From an uncultured delta proteobacterium (GTDB taxonomy: Bacteria > Desulfobacterota > Syntrophorhabdia > Syntrophorhabdales > WCHB1-27), in NCBI GenBank assembly GCA_963810935.1, contig CAWEPK010000012.1:352001-416000 (forward strand): DNA of 64,000 bases, in the 5' to 3' direction. The position numbers were made by a program, and so were the translations under genes. Under the pieces are notes generated by a model. That model saw only the letters and a program-made list of their open reading frames with translations. It did no database searches and was not told the DNA's origin. Every line of letters begins with the position of its first letter. Within the stretch, counting starts at the first letter, position 1. Positions 18,580 to 27,512 of the stretch are shown here, piece by piece.

Positions 18580-21114
18580 ATGACGCTAAAGGAATACCGG
18601 AAGAAACGCGATTTCACCGCGACACCGGAACCGCCCGGCCGTGAGGCAAAGGACGGCGCGGCGCCGCTCTCGTTCGTCGTCCACAAGCACCTCGCCTCCC
18701 GCCTCCACTACGATTTGCGCCTTGAGGTTGACGGCGTGCTGAAGAGCTGGGCCGTGCCCAAGGGTCCGTCCCTCGACCCGGCGGACAGGAAGCTCGCAGT
18801 CATGGTGGAGGACCACCCCCTCGATTACGGGGCCTTCGAGGGCGTCATCCCCGAAGGCAATTACGGCGCGGGGCCGGTCATGATATGGGACAGGGGGACC
18901 ATGCACGCGGCAGGCCGTGAGGACCGCGCATCGAGCGAGGAGGCACTGCGAGCCGGACTCGCCAAGGGGCACATAAGCTTCATCCTCGACGGGAGCCGCC
19001 TGGCCGGCGAATTCGCCCTGGTGCGCCTGCGGAAAGCCGACGAAAAAGCGTGGCTCCTCATCAAGAAGCAGGACGAGTACGCGCGCCATCCGGGGGAGAT
19101 CGCAGAAGACACCTCGGTCGTCTCGGGCAGGACGGTCGAGGAGATCGCGCAGGCAGGCATGGAAGAGGCCGTCGATCTGACGGGTGCTCCCAAGTCTCCC
19201 GCGCCCGTCTTCATAGAGCCGATGAAGGCGACCCTTGTGGATGCGCCGTTCGACCGCAAGGGCTGGCTCTTCGAGATAAAATGGGACGGCTACAGGGCCA
19301 TAGCCGACAAAGGCAAGGACGGCGTCCGCCTCTATTCGCGCAACGACAAGACGATGAACGAGCAGTTCAAGCCGGTCGTCGATTCCCTGGGCCGCCTGCC
19401 TTTCGACGGCGTGCTCGACGGGGAGATCGTTGTCCTCGACAAATCGGGCAGGGCCGATTTCCAGTTGCTCCAGAACTACTTGCGCTCCGGCAGGGGCAGC
19501 CTGGTCTATTACGTCTTCGACATCCTCTACTACGCGGGGCGCGACCTGACGGGCCTGCCGCTCGCCCGCCGCAAGGAGATACTGCGCACGGTGCTTCCCG
19601 CGATACCGCACATCAAGCTCTCCGATTACGTGGAAACGATCGGGATGGACCTGTTCGCAGCAGCGAAGGAGAACGGCGTAGAGGGGATAGTGGCGAAGGA
19701 TGCGAAAAGTCCGTACAGGCCCGGCCGCCGAGGCAGGGAGTGGCTCAAAGTGAAGGCGCTCATGCAGCAGGAGGCAGTCATAGGCGGGTTCACGCACCCG
19801 AAGGGCAGCAGGGCAGGCTTCGGCTCCTTAGTCCTCGGCGCGTACGAAGACGGCAGGCTCGAATATATAGGCCACTCGGGAGGGGGCTTTACGGAGGCGC
19901 AGTTAAAAGAGCTGCACGCGCGCCTCAAAGGCCTTGCCGCGCCCGCCTCGCCCTTTGTCGGGCCGCAGCCTGCGTCCGACATGCCTGTGACGTGGGTCGA
20001 GCCGCGCCTCGTCTGCGAGATAAAGTTTACGGGCTGGACGGACGAGGGCCTGATGCGGCAGCCCGTTTTCCTGGGTTTGCGGGAAGACGTGGAGCCTTCG
20101 GAAGTGCAAAAGGAGAGGCCCGACCCCGTACCCGGCGGGCCGGTCGCAGTGCGGACGCCGGCTAAAGCCGCCGACGCCGTAAACGTCGGGAGGAAAAAGC
20201 GGGGCGCCCTCGCAGTCATCAACGACGTCAAGGTCGATCTTACGAACCTCGACAAGGTCTTCTGGCCGGAAGACGGATACACGAAAGGCGACATGATCGA
20301 CTACTACCGCAGCGTCGCGCCGTTTATCCTGCCTTATCTTTCAGGCCGCCCCGAATCGCTGCGGCGCAACCCGGACGGCATCGCGGGCGAGAGCTTTTTC
20401 CAGAAAAACGTGGAAGGCAAAGTGCCTGACTGGGTGGAGACGGTCAAAGTCCGCGCCGATAACGGCAGCGAAGAAACGACCTACCTTGTGTGCAGCGACG
20501 AGGCGAGCCTGGTTTACATGGCGAACCTCGGCTGCATAGAGATAAACCCCTGGCACTCGCGCACTGGCAGCCTGGAGCAACCCGATTACATGGTCCTGGA
20601 CCTCGACCCGCTGGAAATCGATTTCGCGGAAGTAGTAAGGACCGCGCGGGAGACGGAAGACGTGCTTGCCATGATCGGCGCGCGGGGCTATTGCAAGACC
20701 TCCGGGGCGACGGGCCTGCACGTATACGTGCCCCTCGGCGCGCGCTACACGCACAAGCAGGCCACGGAGTTCGCGCGCCTCGTCAACCTCCTGGTACAGC
20801 GCCGCCTGCCGGAAACGACAAGCCTGGAGCGCGAGCCCCGGAGGCGGCGCGGAAAGGTATACCTCGATTACCTCCAGAACGGCCGAAGCCAGACATTAGC
20901 TGCGGCATATTGCGTGCGGCCCGGCAAAGGCGCGCCTGTATCGACGCCGTTGGAATGGAAGGAGGTGGTCCCTACCCTCGACCCGATGCGATTCACGATC
21001 AAGACGACCATGGCGCGCCTCGCGAAGAAAGGCGATCTCTGGAAAGGCGTACTGGGGCCGGGGATAGATATGGAGAAATGTCTTGGGAAGATAGAAGCGT
21101 TGACGAAAAAATAG
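18580..21114 (+). CDS. ligD: NHEJ DNA ligase D (phosphoesterase-ligase-polymerase)
   Basis: HYDLRLE..SWAVPKGP PE domain, EIKWDGYR ligase, TKGDMIDYY..FFQKN..DLDP..KTSG polymerase. Confidence 0.96.
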   Translation: MTLKEYRKKRDFTATPEPPGREAKDGAAPLSFVVHKHLASRLHYDLRLEVDGVLKSWAVPKGPSLDPADRKLAVMVEDHPLDYGAFEGVIPEGNYGAGPVMIWDRGTMHAAGREDRASSEEALRAGLAKGHISFILDGSRLAGEFALVRLRKADEKAWLLIKKQDEYARHPGEIAEDTSVVSGRTVEEIAQAGMEEAVDLTGAPKSPAPVFIEPMKATLVDAPFDRKGWLFEIKWDGYRAIADKGKDGVRLYSRNDKTMNEQFKPVVDSLGRLPFDGVLDGEIVVLDKSGRADFQLLQNYLRSGRGSLVYYVFDILYYAGRDLTGLPLARRKEILRTVLPAIPHIKLSDYVETIGMDLFAAAKENGVEGIVAKDAKSPYRPGRRGREWLKVKALMQQEAVIGGFTHPKGSRAGFGSLVLGAYEDGRLEYIGHSGGGFTEAQLKELHARLKGLAAPASPFVGPQPASDMPVTWVEPRLVCEIKFTGWTDEGLMRQPVFLGLREDVEPSEVQKERPDPVPGGPVAVRTPAKAADAVNVGRKKRGALAVINDVKVDLTNLDKVFWPEDGYTKGDMIDYYRSVAPFILPYLSGRPESLRRNPDGIAGESFFQKNVEGKVPDWVETVKVRADNGSEETTYLVCSDEASLVYMANLGCIEINPWHSRTGSLEQPDYMVLDLDPLEIDFAEVVRTARETEDVLAMIGARGYCKTSGATGLHVYVPLGARYTHKQATEFARLVNLLVQRRLPETTSLEREPRRRRGKVYLDYLQNGRSQTLAAAYCVRPGKGAPVSTPLEWKEVVPTLDPMRFTIKTTMARLAKKGDLWKGVLGPGIDMEKCLGKIEALTKK

Positions 21115-21183
21115 CGGGCAATAGTTTCCGGGGGCCGGAGGACCCCGATTGAAATTATAGCCCTCCTTCATTAAACTTGTTTC

Positions 21184-21669
21184 ATGAAGGCGCTCTGGAC
21201 GATTGTCACCCTCCTGATTATGGCGGTAGGTCTTGCGGGGACGGTCCTGCCGATCGTTCCGGGCATTCTTCTTATCTACGCAGGTTATCTGCTCTATGGT
21301 TTTGCAACGGGTTGGCAGGCATACGGCCTGCCGGCGATTGTCGGTTGGTCCGTGGTTACCGGTTTCGTCCTGCTCCTGGACATTTACGCGGGAGCGATAG
21401 GCGCAAAAAGGTATGGTGCGTCACGGTCCGGGGCGCAAGGGTCTATCGTCGGCGGTCTGATAGGCGCGCTGGCAGCGGGATTTCCCGGCATCATCCTCGG
21501 ACCCTTTGCCGGTGCGGCGGCGGGAGAGCTGCTGAGAGGCAGATCCTATCGAGAGGCTTTTCGTTCCGGCTGGGGGACCCTCATAGGATTTGTGGTCGGC
21601 AGTGTCGTAAAGATCGCTATCGGGCTGGTCATGGTCGGCACGTTTATCTGGTGGGTGTTTATCACCTAA
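21184..21669 (+). CDS. DUF456 family membrane protein
   Basis: GLAGTVLPIVPG, GAKRYGAS, GIILGPFAGA. Confidence 0.88.
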   Translation: MKALWTIVTLLIMAVGLAGTVLPIVPGILLIYAGYLLYGFATGWQAYGLPAIVGWSVVTGFVLLLDIYAGAIGAKRYGASRSGAQGSIVGGLIGALAAGFPGIILGPFAGAAAGELLRGRSYREAFRSGWGTLIGFVVGSVVKIAIGLVMVGTFIWWVFIT

Positions 21670-21693
21670 GACCGATAACATTGCGTCACTTGT

Positions 21694-23205
21694 TTATTCC
21701 TGGAAGCCCTCCAGTCTCTTTCGCATTAACGGGTGTTTCAGCTTTCTCAGAGCCTTGGCCTCGATCTGACGGATACGTTCACGGGTAAGTCCAAAGACAT
21801 CACCCACTTCTTCCAAGGTAAAATCGGTCTTCTCCCCGACGCCGAGCCTCATCCTGACAATTTTCTCTTCTCTCGGAGTAAGGGTTGACAAGACTTTGTC
21901 TATCTCTTCCTTGAGCGAGGTGGCCACCAACTCCGTAAGAGGGGAAGAAGCTTTCGGGTCTGTTATGAAATCACCGAGTGTGGCTTCACCGTCTCCGATC
22001 GGGGTTTCCATTGATACGGCCCCACTTTCAACCCTCATGATCTTTCCGACTTTCTCCGGGGGGAGTCCGGCTTTGAGTGAAATTTCTTCGAGGTTCGGCT
22101 TTCTGCCCAACTCCTGAAAGAGGGCTACAGTAGCCCTGCTGATCTTGTTTTTGGTTTCAAGTACGTGGACCGGTACCCTGACAGTCCGTGCGCAATCTGC
22201 AATTGCCCGCGTTATGCTCTGTCTGATCCACCACGTTGAACATGTGGAGAACTTGTAACCCCTCTGATAATCATATTTTTCAGCAGCCTTCATGAGTCCC
22301 ATGTTGCCTTCCTGGATAAGGTCAAGGAATGACAGCCCACGGTTGAGGTATTTTTTGGCAATAGAAATCACAAGTCTCAGGTTTGCCTGAACGAGCCTGT
22401 TCCTGACGACCTTCAGTCCGTTTTCGATTTCGCGGAGTTCCATCAGTTTTCGTCTTATGATACGTGCCTCGCCGTCATTCATGGATTCCGTCTGCTGCGC
22501 GACCTTCCTGATGATTTCCAGGAGAAACTTCCTGTTGAATTTGAGATTAAGCAAGATCTTTTCTCTCTTGCCTTTAATCCTCTCCAGATCACCGGCAAGC
22601 TCCTCCCGGCTCTGTTTGTCGGTCCCCGGCAGTATTTTCTGGATTCCTTCCATTTTCTTGTGAAGACTTTTTATAGTATTGATGGAGGCCATAGTTCTCT
22701 TCGCATGGCTCTCTTCATCTTTTTGCGTACAGTCCATTTCATCGATATGGACCACATCTGCTATGTTTACGGTCCCTTCCTTCAACTGCCGGCCTATTTC
22801 CAAAAGCTCGTTGACTGCCTGAGGCAGGCTGAACAAGATGTTCATTTCCTTTCTTTCAGCTTCTTCAATCTGTTTCGCTATCTGATATTCTTCGGCAGAT
22901 GTGAGGAGTGCTACGCGTCCAATATCTTTTAAGTAGGCCCATATTGTGTTATCGGCTGTTTCTGAGGGTAACTTTTCGGCCTCTCCCCCGTCCGTCTCCT
23001 TTACCTTACGTGACTCGACTGTCTCCTGTATCATGTCGACTATGTCGATGTCGGATTCTGAAAGAAAGTCGAATGCATCTTCGACATCTTCGGGAGCACG
23101 GACTTCCCGGGGAAGAACTTCGCTTATTTCATCAGACGCAAGAGAGTCTTTCTCCGCTTCCCCGTTGACCAGGTCTTTTACCTTAATAGAACTATTTGTC
23201 GCCAT
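21694..23205 (-). CDS. RpoD-like group 1 sigma70 factor paralog
   Basis: Region 1.1-like N-terminus, YLKDIG (1.2), [28 protein letters not shown] (2), [23 protein letters not shown] (4); lower GC; not beside dnaG. Confidence 0.92.
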   Translation of the reverse strand: MATNSSIKVKDLVNGEAEKDSLASDEISEVLPREVRAPEDVEDAFDFLSESDIDIVDMIQETVESRKVKETDGGEAEKLPSETADNTIWAYLKDIGRVALLTSAEEYQIAKQIEEAERKEMNILFSLPQAVNELLEIGRQLKEGTVNIADVVHIDEMDCTQKDEESHAKRTMASINTIKSLHKKMEGIQKILPGTDKQSREELAGDLERIKGKREKILLNLKFNRKFLLEIIRKVAQQTESMNDGEARIIRRKLMELREIENGLKVVRNRLVQANLRLVISIAKKYLNRGLSFLDLIQEGNMGLMKAAEKYDYQRGYKFSTCSTWWIRQSITRAIADCARTVRVPVHVLETKNKISRATVALFQELGRKPNLEEISLKAGLPPEKVGKIMRVESGAVSMETPIGDGEATLGDFITDPKASSPLTELVATSLKEEIDKVLSTLTPREEKIVRMRLGVGEKTDFTLEEVGDVFGLTRERIRQIEAKALRKLKHPLMRKRLEGFQE

Positions 23206-23215
23206 TCTCAACCCC

Positions 23216-23250
23216 AAAAAGAAAAATGCCCTTCTTCCGCAAAGGGCATT
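23216..23250 (-). terminator. Terminator-like hairpin in the leader of the sigma factor gene
   Basis: Minus strand AATGCCCTT-TGCGGAAG-AAGGGCATT followed by TTTCTTTTT. Confidence 0.65.
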
Positions 23251-23279
23251 CCCCTTTATATAACTAATCTATTAATATT

Positions 23280-23308
23280 ATTATACCTTTATTCTTGAGT
23301 ATTGTCAA
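23280..23308 (-). promoter_or_regulatory. Perfect consensus sigma70 promoter
   Basis: Minus strand TTGACA-ATACTCAAGAATAAAGG (17 nt)-TATAAT. Confidence 0.85.
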
Positions 23309-23369
23309 CGGCTTGCAGCGAGGGTTACTACGTGAAAGCCGGTATCTGTCGCCATCGATGGCGTTTATG

Positions 23370-23789
23370 CTACCCCCTCGAAGCTTTCCCGGCAGCGAAA
23401 CGCCATGCTTTTTGTTCTATCTCCGGCATCCCGGATTCCAGATCGAATACAATGACGCCTGCACTTTTAGCTTCGGCGATAGCCCTCCGGGCATCTACGA
23501 TGGCGGTGTCCGGCGTAATATATCCCGAAGGCTTGCCTTCGCCTATTTTCCGGACGCGATCGACAGCTTTATCGGCATAGAAGCGTCTTGCCTTTTGCTC
23601 CAGTCCCGGTAATTGCGATCTCAGGCCGGATACGTCGGCGCCCGAAGTCCTGGCATCGGCGAAAGCCTCCCTGGCCTCTCTGATTACCGCGTTCGCGGTG
23701 CCATAGTTTTCGTCCTTGCCTTCTCCGAACTCCCTTACGCGGTCAACAGTTTGTTGAACTCGTGCAACGATATCCATGCCTCTGGCCAT
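23370..23789 (-). CDS. Hypothetical helical protein with two internal repeats of about 61 aa
   Basis: GGGAG RBS; VDRVREFGEGK..LEQKARRF and VDRVRKIGEGK..IEQKAWRF. Confidence 0.7.
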   Translation of the reverse strand: MARGMDIVARVQQTVDRVREFGEGKDENYGTANAVIREAREAFADARTSGADVSGLRSQLPGLEQKARRFYADKAVDRVRKIGEGKPSGYITPDTAIVDARRAIAEAKSAGVIVFDLESGMPEIEQKAWRFAAGKASRG

Positions 23790-24025
23790 TATATGCTCTC
23801 CCTCATATTTGCCCGGAACCGTTCCCGCCTGCCCGCTGATGCCAACCGTATGAAGGTAACCGTACCAGGAGCGGTGTGTGCTGCAAAAAGCGGTTGAAGG
23901 TGGGTTGATCGGTGATAACCACCAGCGAACAAAATCTATTATGACACTATACCACGATTGCCACAGAAAAGGGCGTACCTCGAGATGCACCCTTCAGGCG
24001 AGACTTCCAGGAAGGAGCCCGCCCG

Positions 24026-25075
24026 TCAATAGCCTTCCGGCCTCAACGGGATGAACGGTTTTGCGACCGTGAACTGGCCTGAGCAGTCGCCGACGCGGTC
24101 GGGGTTTTTTATCAGGTCGAGCTTCTTCACAGGGGCGCCTTTTTTGAAGTCCAGCTCCCCGAGCCGCACCAACACAATGTTCAGCCTTGTGCTCGACTCG
24201 AAAAAGTAGACCAGGTTCGTCAGGTCCGCTACCGTCCGCCAGCGCGTTGCGCTTGCGTGCGGCCGGCCTGCGCTTGCCGTGATGAAGGGCTGGGCAACGT
24301 TCCGCATCACGCTCAACATGCCGGCGATGCACTCTCCGGAGTCCTTCGGCTTGGGGAGTTGGCTCACGTAGAATGCCGCCCTGGCGAAGCGGTCTGTCGC
24401 CTCCGTGCTGCCGGAAAGCAGCCTCTGGCCGCCGAAGCCCTTGTAATGCTGTAGCTCCTCAAGCTGCACGTCGAAAGGCGGGGAATTCGTCATCACCGTA
24501 TATTTCCGGTCGTGGTAAATCCTGGCCTTCCCGCCGATGTATTCGATTATGGCGGAGTCGCCGGTCGCGTCGGCCAGGGACAGGTGGAGGGTCGCCCTCT
24601 CCCCGCCGGGCATCGTCCCGGTTATGATCTGAAACGGTTTCTCCCTGGTAAAGGCGACCGCCTCATCGACCGTCCGGAAGTTGTCCAGGTAATATTGCGC
24701 CCAGAGCGCGGCGCTAAGGCCGGGGACCGTCTCGTCCCGCGCGCCGTAGTCGGCCTCCGAGAGCCAGAGCATCTCTGCGGCCAGCCCCTTCTCGTTCATC
24801 CCGTCGGATGCGCCCGGACCCGCGGCCACTACGGAGCCGTACCTGGCGGTCCATCGCAGAGTATTCGGTCCGGTCATGCCGTCGCGCCTGATGCCTCGCG
24901 GAAGTGCCCACAGATCGACGGGCATCGGATCGGGCCAATCCATATTGCGCCCTACGACTACGCCCGCGTCCCCGCAGTCGCCCACTACCCGCGAGCAGGC
25001 AAGGACCGGACAGACCCATAAAATGACGAGCAGCCCCGCTAAAAAAAGCGAGGCCGCCCGCAACGACCTTTGCAT
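24026..25075 (-). CDS. Secreted linear amide C-N hydrolase (choloylglycine hydrolase/penicillin V acylase family)
   Basis: Signal peptide then Cys nucleophile (LA-CSR), GRNMDW, DGMNEKGL, MTNSP. Confidence 0.9.
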   Translation of the reverse strand: MQRSLRAASLFLAGLLVILWVCPVLACSRVVGDCGDAGVVVGRNMDWPDPMPVDLWALPRGIRRDGMTGPNTLRWTARYGSVVAAGPGASDGMNEKGLAAEMLWLSEADYGARDETVPGLSAALWAQYYLDNFRTVDEAVAFTREKPFQIITGTMPGGERATLHLSLADATGDSAIIEYIGGKARIYHDRKYTVMTNSPPFDVQLEELQHYKGFGGQRLLSGSTEATDRFARAAFYVSQLPKPKDSGECIAGMLSVMRNVAQPFITASAGRPHASATRWRTVADLTNLVYFFESSTRLNIVLVRLGELDFKKGAPVKKLDLIKNPDRVGDCSGQFTVAKPFIPLRPEGY

Positions 25076-25226
25076 ATAAACTCCTTATACCGATGCGCGC
25101 ACGCACGGCTTTATTGACCGCCTTTTCGCACATGATGTTATCATTTCTAGGGAAGCGGTGCAACCGGGGAAGGAATAATTGCGGCGCCCGGAAGCGATTA
25201 AGCCCCGGGCGCCTTTCAAGCCTGCT

Positions 25227-25904
25227 TTAGGCCTTTTTGGGATACCCGACCGACTGGGAGAACGTGATCGTCTGCTCGGGACGAAGCTTCAACGCCGCAG
25301 CGAGCGCGGGCTTGTCTATCAGCGCGCGCAGTACCGTCACGAGCCCTTCTCCCGCGCAGAAAATGTAGACGTTCTCCGCTATGACGCCCGAGTCGGCCCC
25401 CATCCAGAGCGCTACCTGATCGACGGGCCCCTTGTCCATCTTTGCCGTGTCAGCGACGTAGACGAGGTTGACCGCCGCATTCTTCACGTAGGGCTGAATG
25501 CCCGTGAGGCCCCGGATATCGCCCTCTATGATGGGTTTCAGCATGTTCCCTTTCGGCTCGTAAAGGTAAGCTCCTTCGGGCGCAGCCACGTAAATGTCCA
25601 TCTCCTGCTTGTTGCGCGCGGAAGGCGCAGTGCGCTTCCCGTCCTTGCGGTTGATGCCAAAAGCCGCCCAGAGCAGCCGGGAAAGCACAGCTACAGGCAA
25701 AGGCTGCGGAGAGAACTCCCGCGCGGACGATCTTTTCTCCAGCAGGCCCAGCGCCGGGTTCGCTCCGGCCGTTGCCGGTTTGGCAAGCTCAACGGGCGCC
25801 AGCGTCTTGGCGTAAGCGACCCCCGACAACACCTGGCTCGCGGGGATCAGAACGCCGGCGGCTGCCGAGCATTTAAGGAAATCTCTTCGGCTTATTGTCT
25901 TCAT
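25227..25904 (-). CDS. Tat-exported SagB/ThcOx-type nitroreductase
   Basis: SRRDFLK twin-arginine signal; RSSAREF, LLWAAFGIN, RTAPSARN, QSVGYP. Confidence 0.88.
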   Translation of the reverse strand: MKTISRRDFLKCSAAAGVLIPASQVLSGVAYAKTLAPVELAKPATAGANPALGLLEKRSSAREFSPQPLPVAVLSRLLWAAFGINRKDGKRTAPSARNKQEMDIYVAAPEGAYLYEPKGNMLKPIIEGDIRGLTGIQPYVKNAAVNLVYVADTAKMDKGPVDQVALWMGADSGVIAENVYIFCAGEGLVTVLRALIDKPALAAALKLRPEQTITFSQSVGYPKKA

Positions 25905-26057
25905 TACGGCCCCCTTTAAGATGAGATTTATGCAGCGTAAAGGAAAATGTCTCCTGATTCGATAATAGCACAGGCACGATAGCCTCTCAAGGGAAAGACT
26001 TTCAGCGCATTACGCAAAAAGTCATTCCCGTTTGACGGCTGCGCGTTCCTCTTCTTT

Positions 26058-26137
26058 CGTCATGCCGGACTTGACCCGGAATCCATTTAGTTTCAAGCCC
26101 CAACCGCCTGGATGCCGGATCAAGTCCGGCATGACGG
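26058..26137. repeat. REP-like dyad
   Basis: CGTCATGCCGGACTTGACCCGGAATCCA ... TGGATGCCGGATCAAGTCCGGCATGACG. Confidence 0.85.
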
Positions 26138-26177
26138 AGGGCAGTAATACCCTGCTGCTGGCGGCAGGGTCAATGCC

Positions 26178-27512
26178 TCACGTCCCAAGGTCCCTGCATC
26201 GCGTCTCCGTTAGAAGAATGCTTCCAAGGACGCCAAGGAGGCTCACGCCGAAGCAGACGAGGAAGGCGGTCCGGTATGCGTGCAGGGGGTAGACCCTGGC
26301 GCCGCCGAGAAGCACGCCGTCCCAACGCGTGTCGAGCACCTTGCCCATCACCACCTGGAGCACTGCGCTTCCGAGAAAGCCGCTCGTGTTGTTGTTTCCC
26401 ATCGCAATCCCGGAGAGCCTTAACGGGTTGACTTCCTTGGCGACGACGATGCTCAGGATAAAGCCCGCGCAGAAGAACCCCATGCCGAAACACAAGGGGT
26501 ACATCCAGGACAGGCTTGGCCGGCCCCCTCCCGCAAAACAGATGACAGCCCAGGCAGCCGCGTACGCAGAGGCGCACGCGATGTAAGGCGCACGCCTCCT
26601 CTTCAGAAGCTTGTCCGATACGAAACCCATGACCGGGCACCCTATGACCAGACCCACGGAAACCGCCATCACGTAGCGGGCCGCCTCCTGCGTCGACAGG
26701 GAGTAGACCTGCATCAGATACGGCATCCCCCACAGGCCGGCAAAACCCATAAGGGTCGAATAGAAGGCCAGGAATCCCATGAAAGGCGGCCACGTGCGCT
26801 TATTGCCCAGCACGGTAACAATGCCTTTAAGGACCGCCGGCCTGGGGCCGTCCGTGCCGCCCTTTCGCCCAGGCGGGGGCAGCCCGCAGTCGGCAGGCCG
26901 GTCACGCACCATGCCCCAGCAGACTACGCCGAGGAAGACCGAAAAGAAGCCGATGGAGACAAACGCAGTCCGCCATCCGATGGCTGCGGAGAGCGCAGCC
27001 AGGGGAGCGGTCGCCAGCAGGCCGCCGAGTCCGCCGAGGGCGGTCGTCCAGCCGTTCATCACGCCCATTTCGTCCGCCCTGTACCACTCTACGCAGACCC
27101 TCATGATATTGACCATGAAAACTGAGACGCCCAGGCCGACAAGGAACCTGCCAAGGCAGCACGCGATGAAGCTCCCGGAGAGGCCGAACAGGACGGAGCC
27201 GCCGCCCATGACGAGCGCGCCCGCCGCGAGCGTCCGCCTCGGCCCCAGCGTGTCCGAGAGTATGCCGGAAGGAATCTGCATGACTGCGTAAACATAGAAA
27301 TAGATCGAGGAGAGGACGCCGAGCACCGCGCCCGTCGTGTGGAAGGTGGACATGAGGTCGAGGGCTATCGCGCCGGGTGCGATGCGGTGGAAATAGCCGA
27401 CGATGAAGACTGTCATCGCCGCGCCCCACACCAGCCACCTGCGGCGGAGCGTCCGGTCCAAAAGCGTGAAATTGGATGGGTCCGGGCCGATGGGAGGCAA
27501 GGCAGCGGCCAC
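26178..27512 (-). CDS. MFS transporter
   Basis: YFHRIAP, MQIPSGILSDTLGPRR, GRFLVGLG, 12 TM pattern. Confidence 0.9.
   Translation of the reverse strand: MAAALPPIGPDPSNFTLLDRTLRRRWLVWGAAMTVFIVGYFHRIAPGAIALDLMSTFHTTGAVLGVLSSIYFYVYAVMQIPSGILSDTLGPRRTLAAGALVMGGGSVLFGLSGSFIACCLGRFLVGLGVSVFMVNIMRVCVEWYRADEMGVMNGWTTALGGLGGLLATAPLAALSAAIGWRTAFVSIGFFSVFLGVVCWGMVRDRPADCGLPPPGRKGGTDGPRPAVLKGIVTVLGNKRTWPPFMGFLAFYSTLMGFAGLWGMPYLMQVYSLSTQEAARYVMAVSVGLVIGCPVMGFVSDKLLKRRRAPYIACASAYAAAWAVICFAGGGRPSLSWMYPLCFGMGFFCAGFILSIVVAKEVNPLRLSGIAMGNNNTSGFLGSAVLQVVMGKVLDTRWDGVLLGGARVYPLHAYRTAFLVCFGVSLLGVLGSILLTETRCRDLGT

Noticed and set aside
18586..20165. Long overlapping ORFs in ligD, and similar ones over topA, yhaM, tldD and others
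   Set aside because: Shadow ORFs from high GC3 codon bias with no recognisable domains
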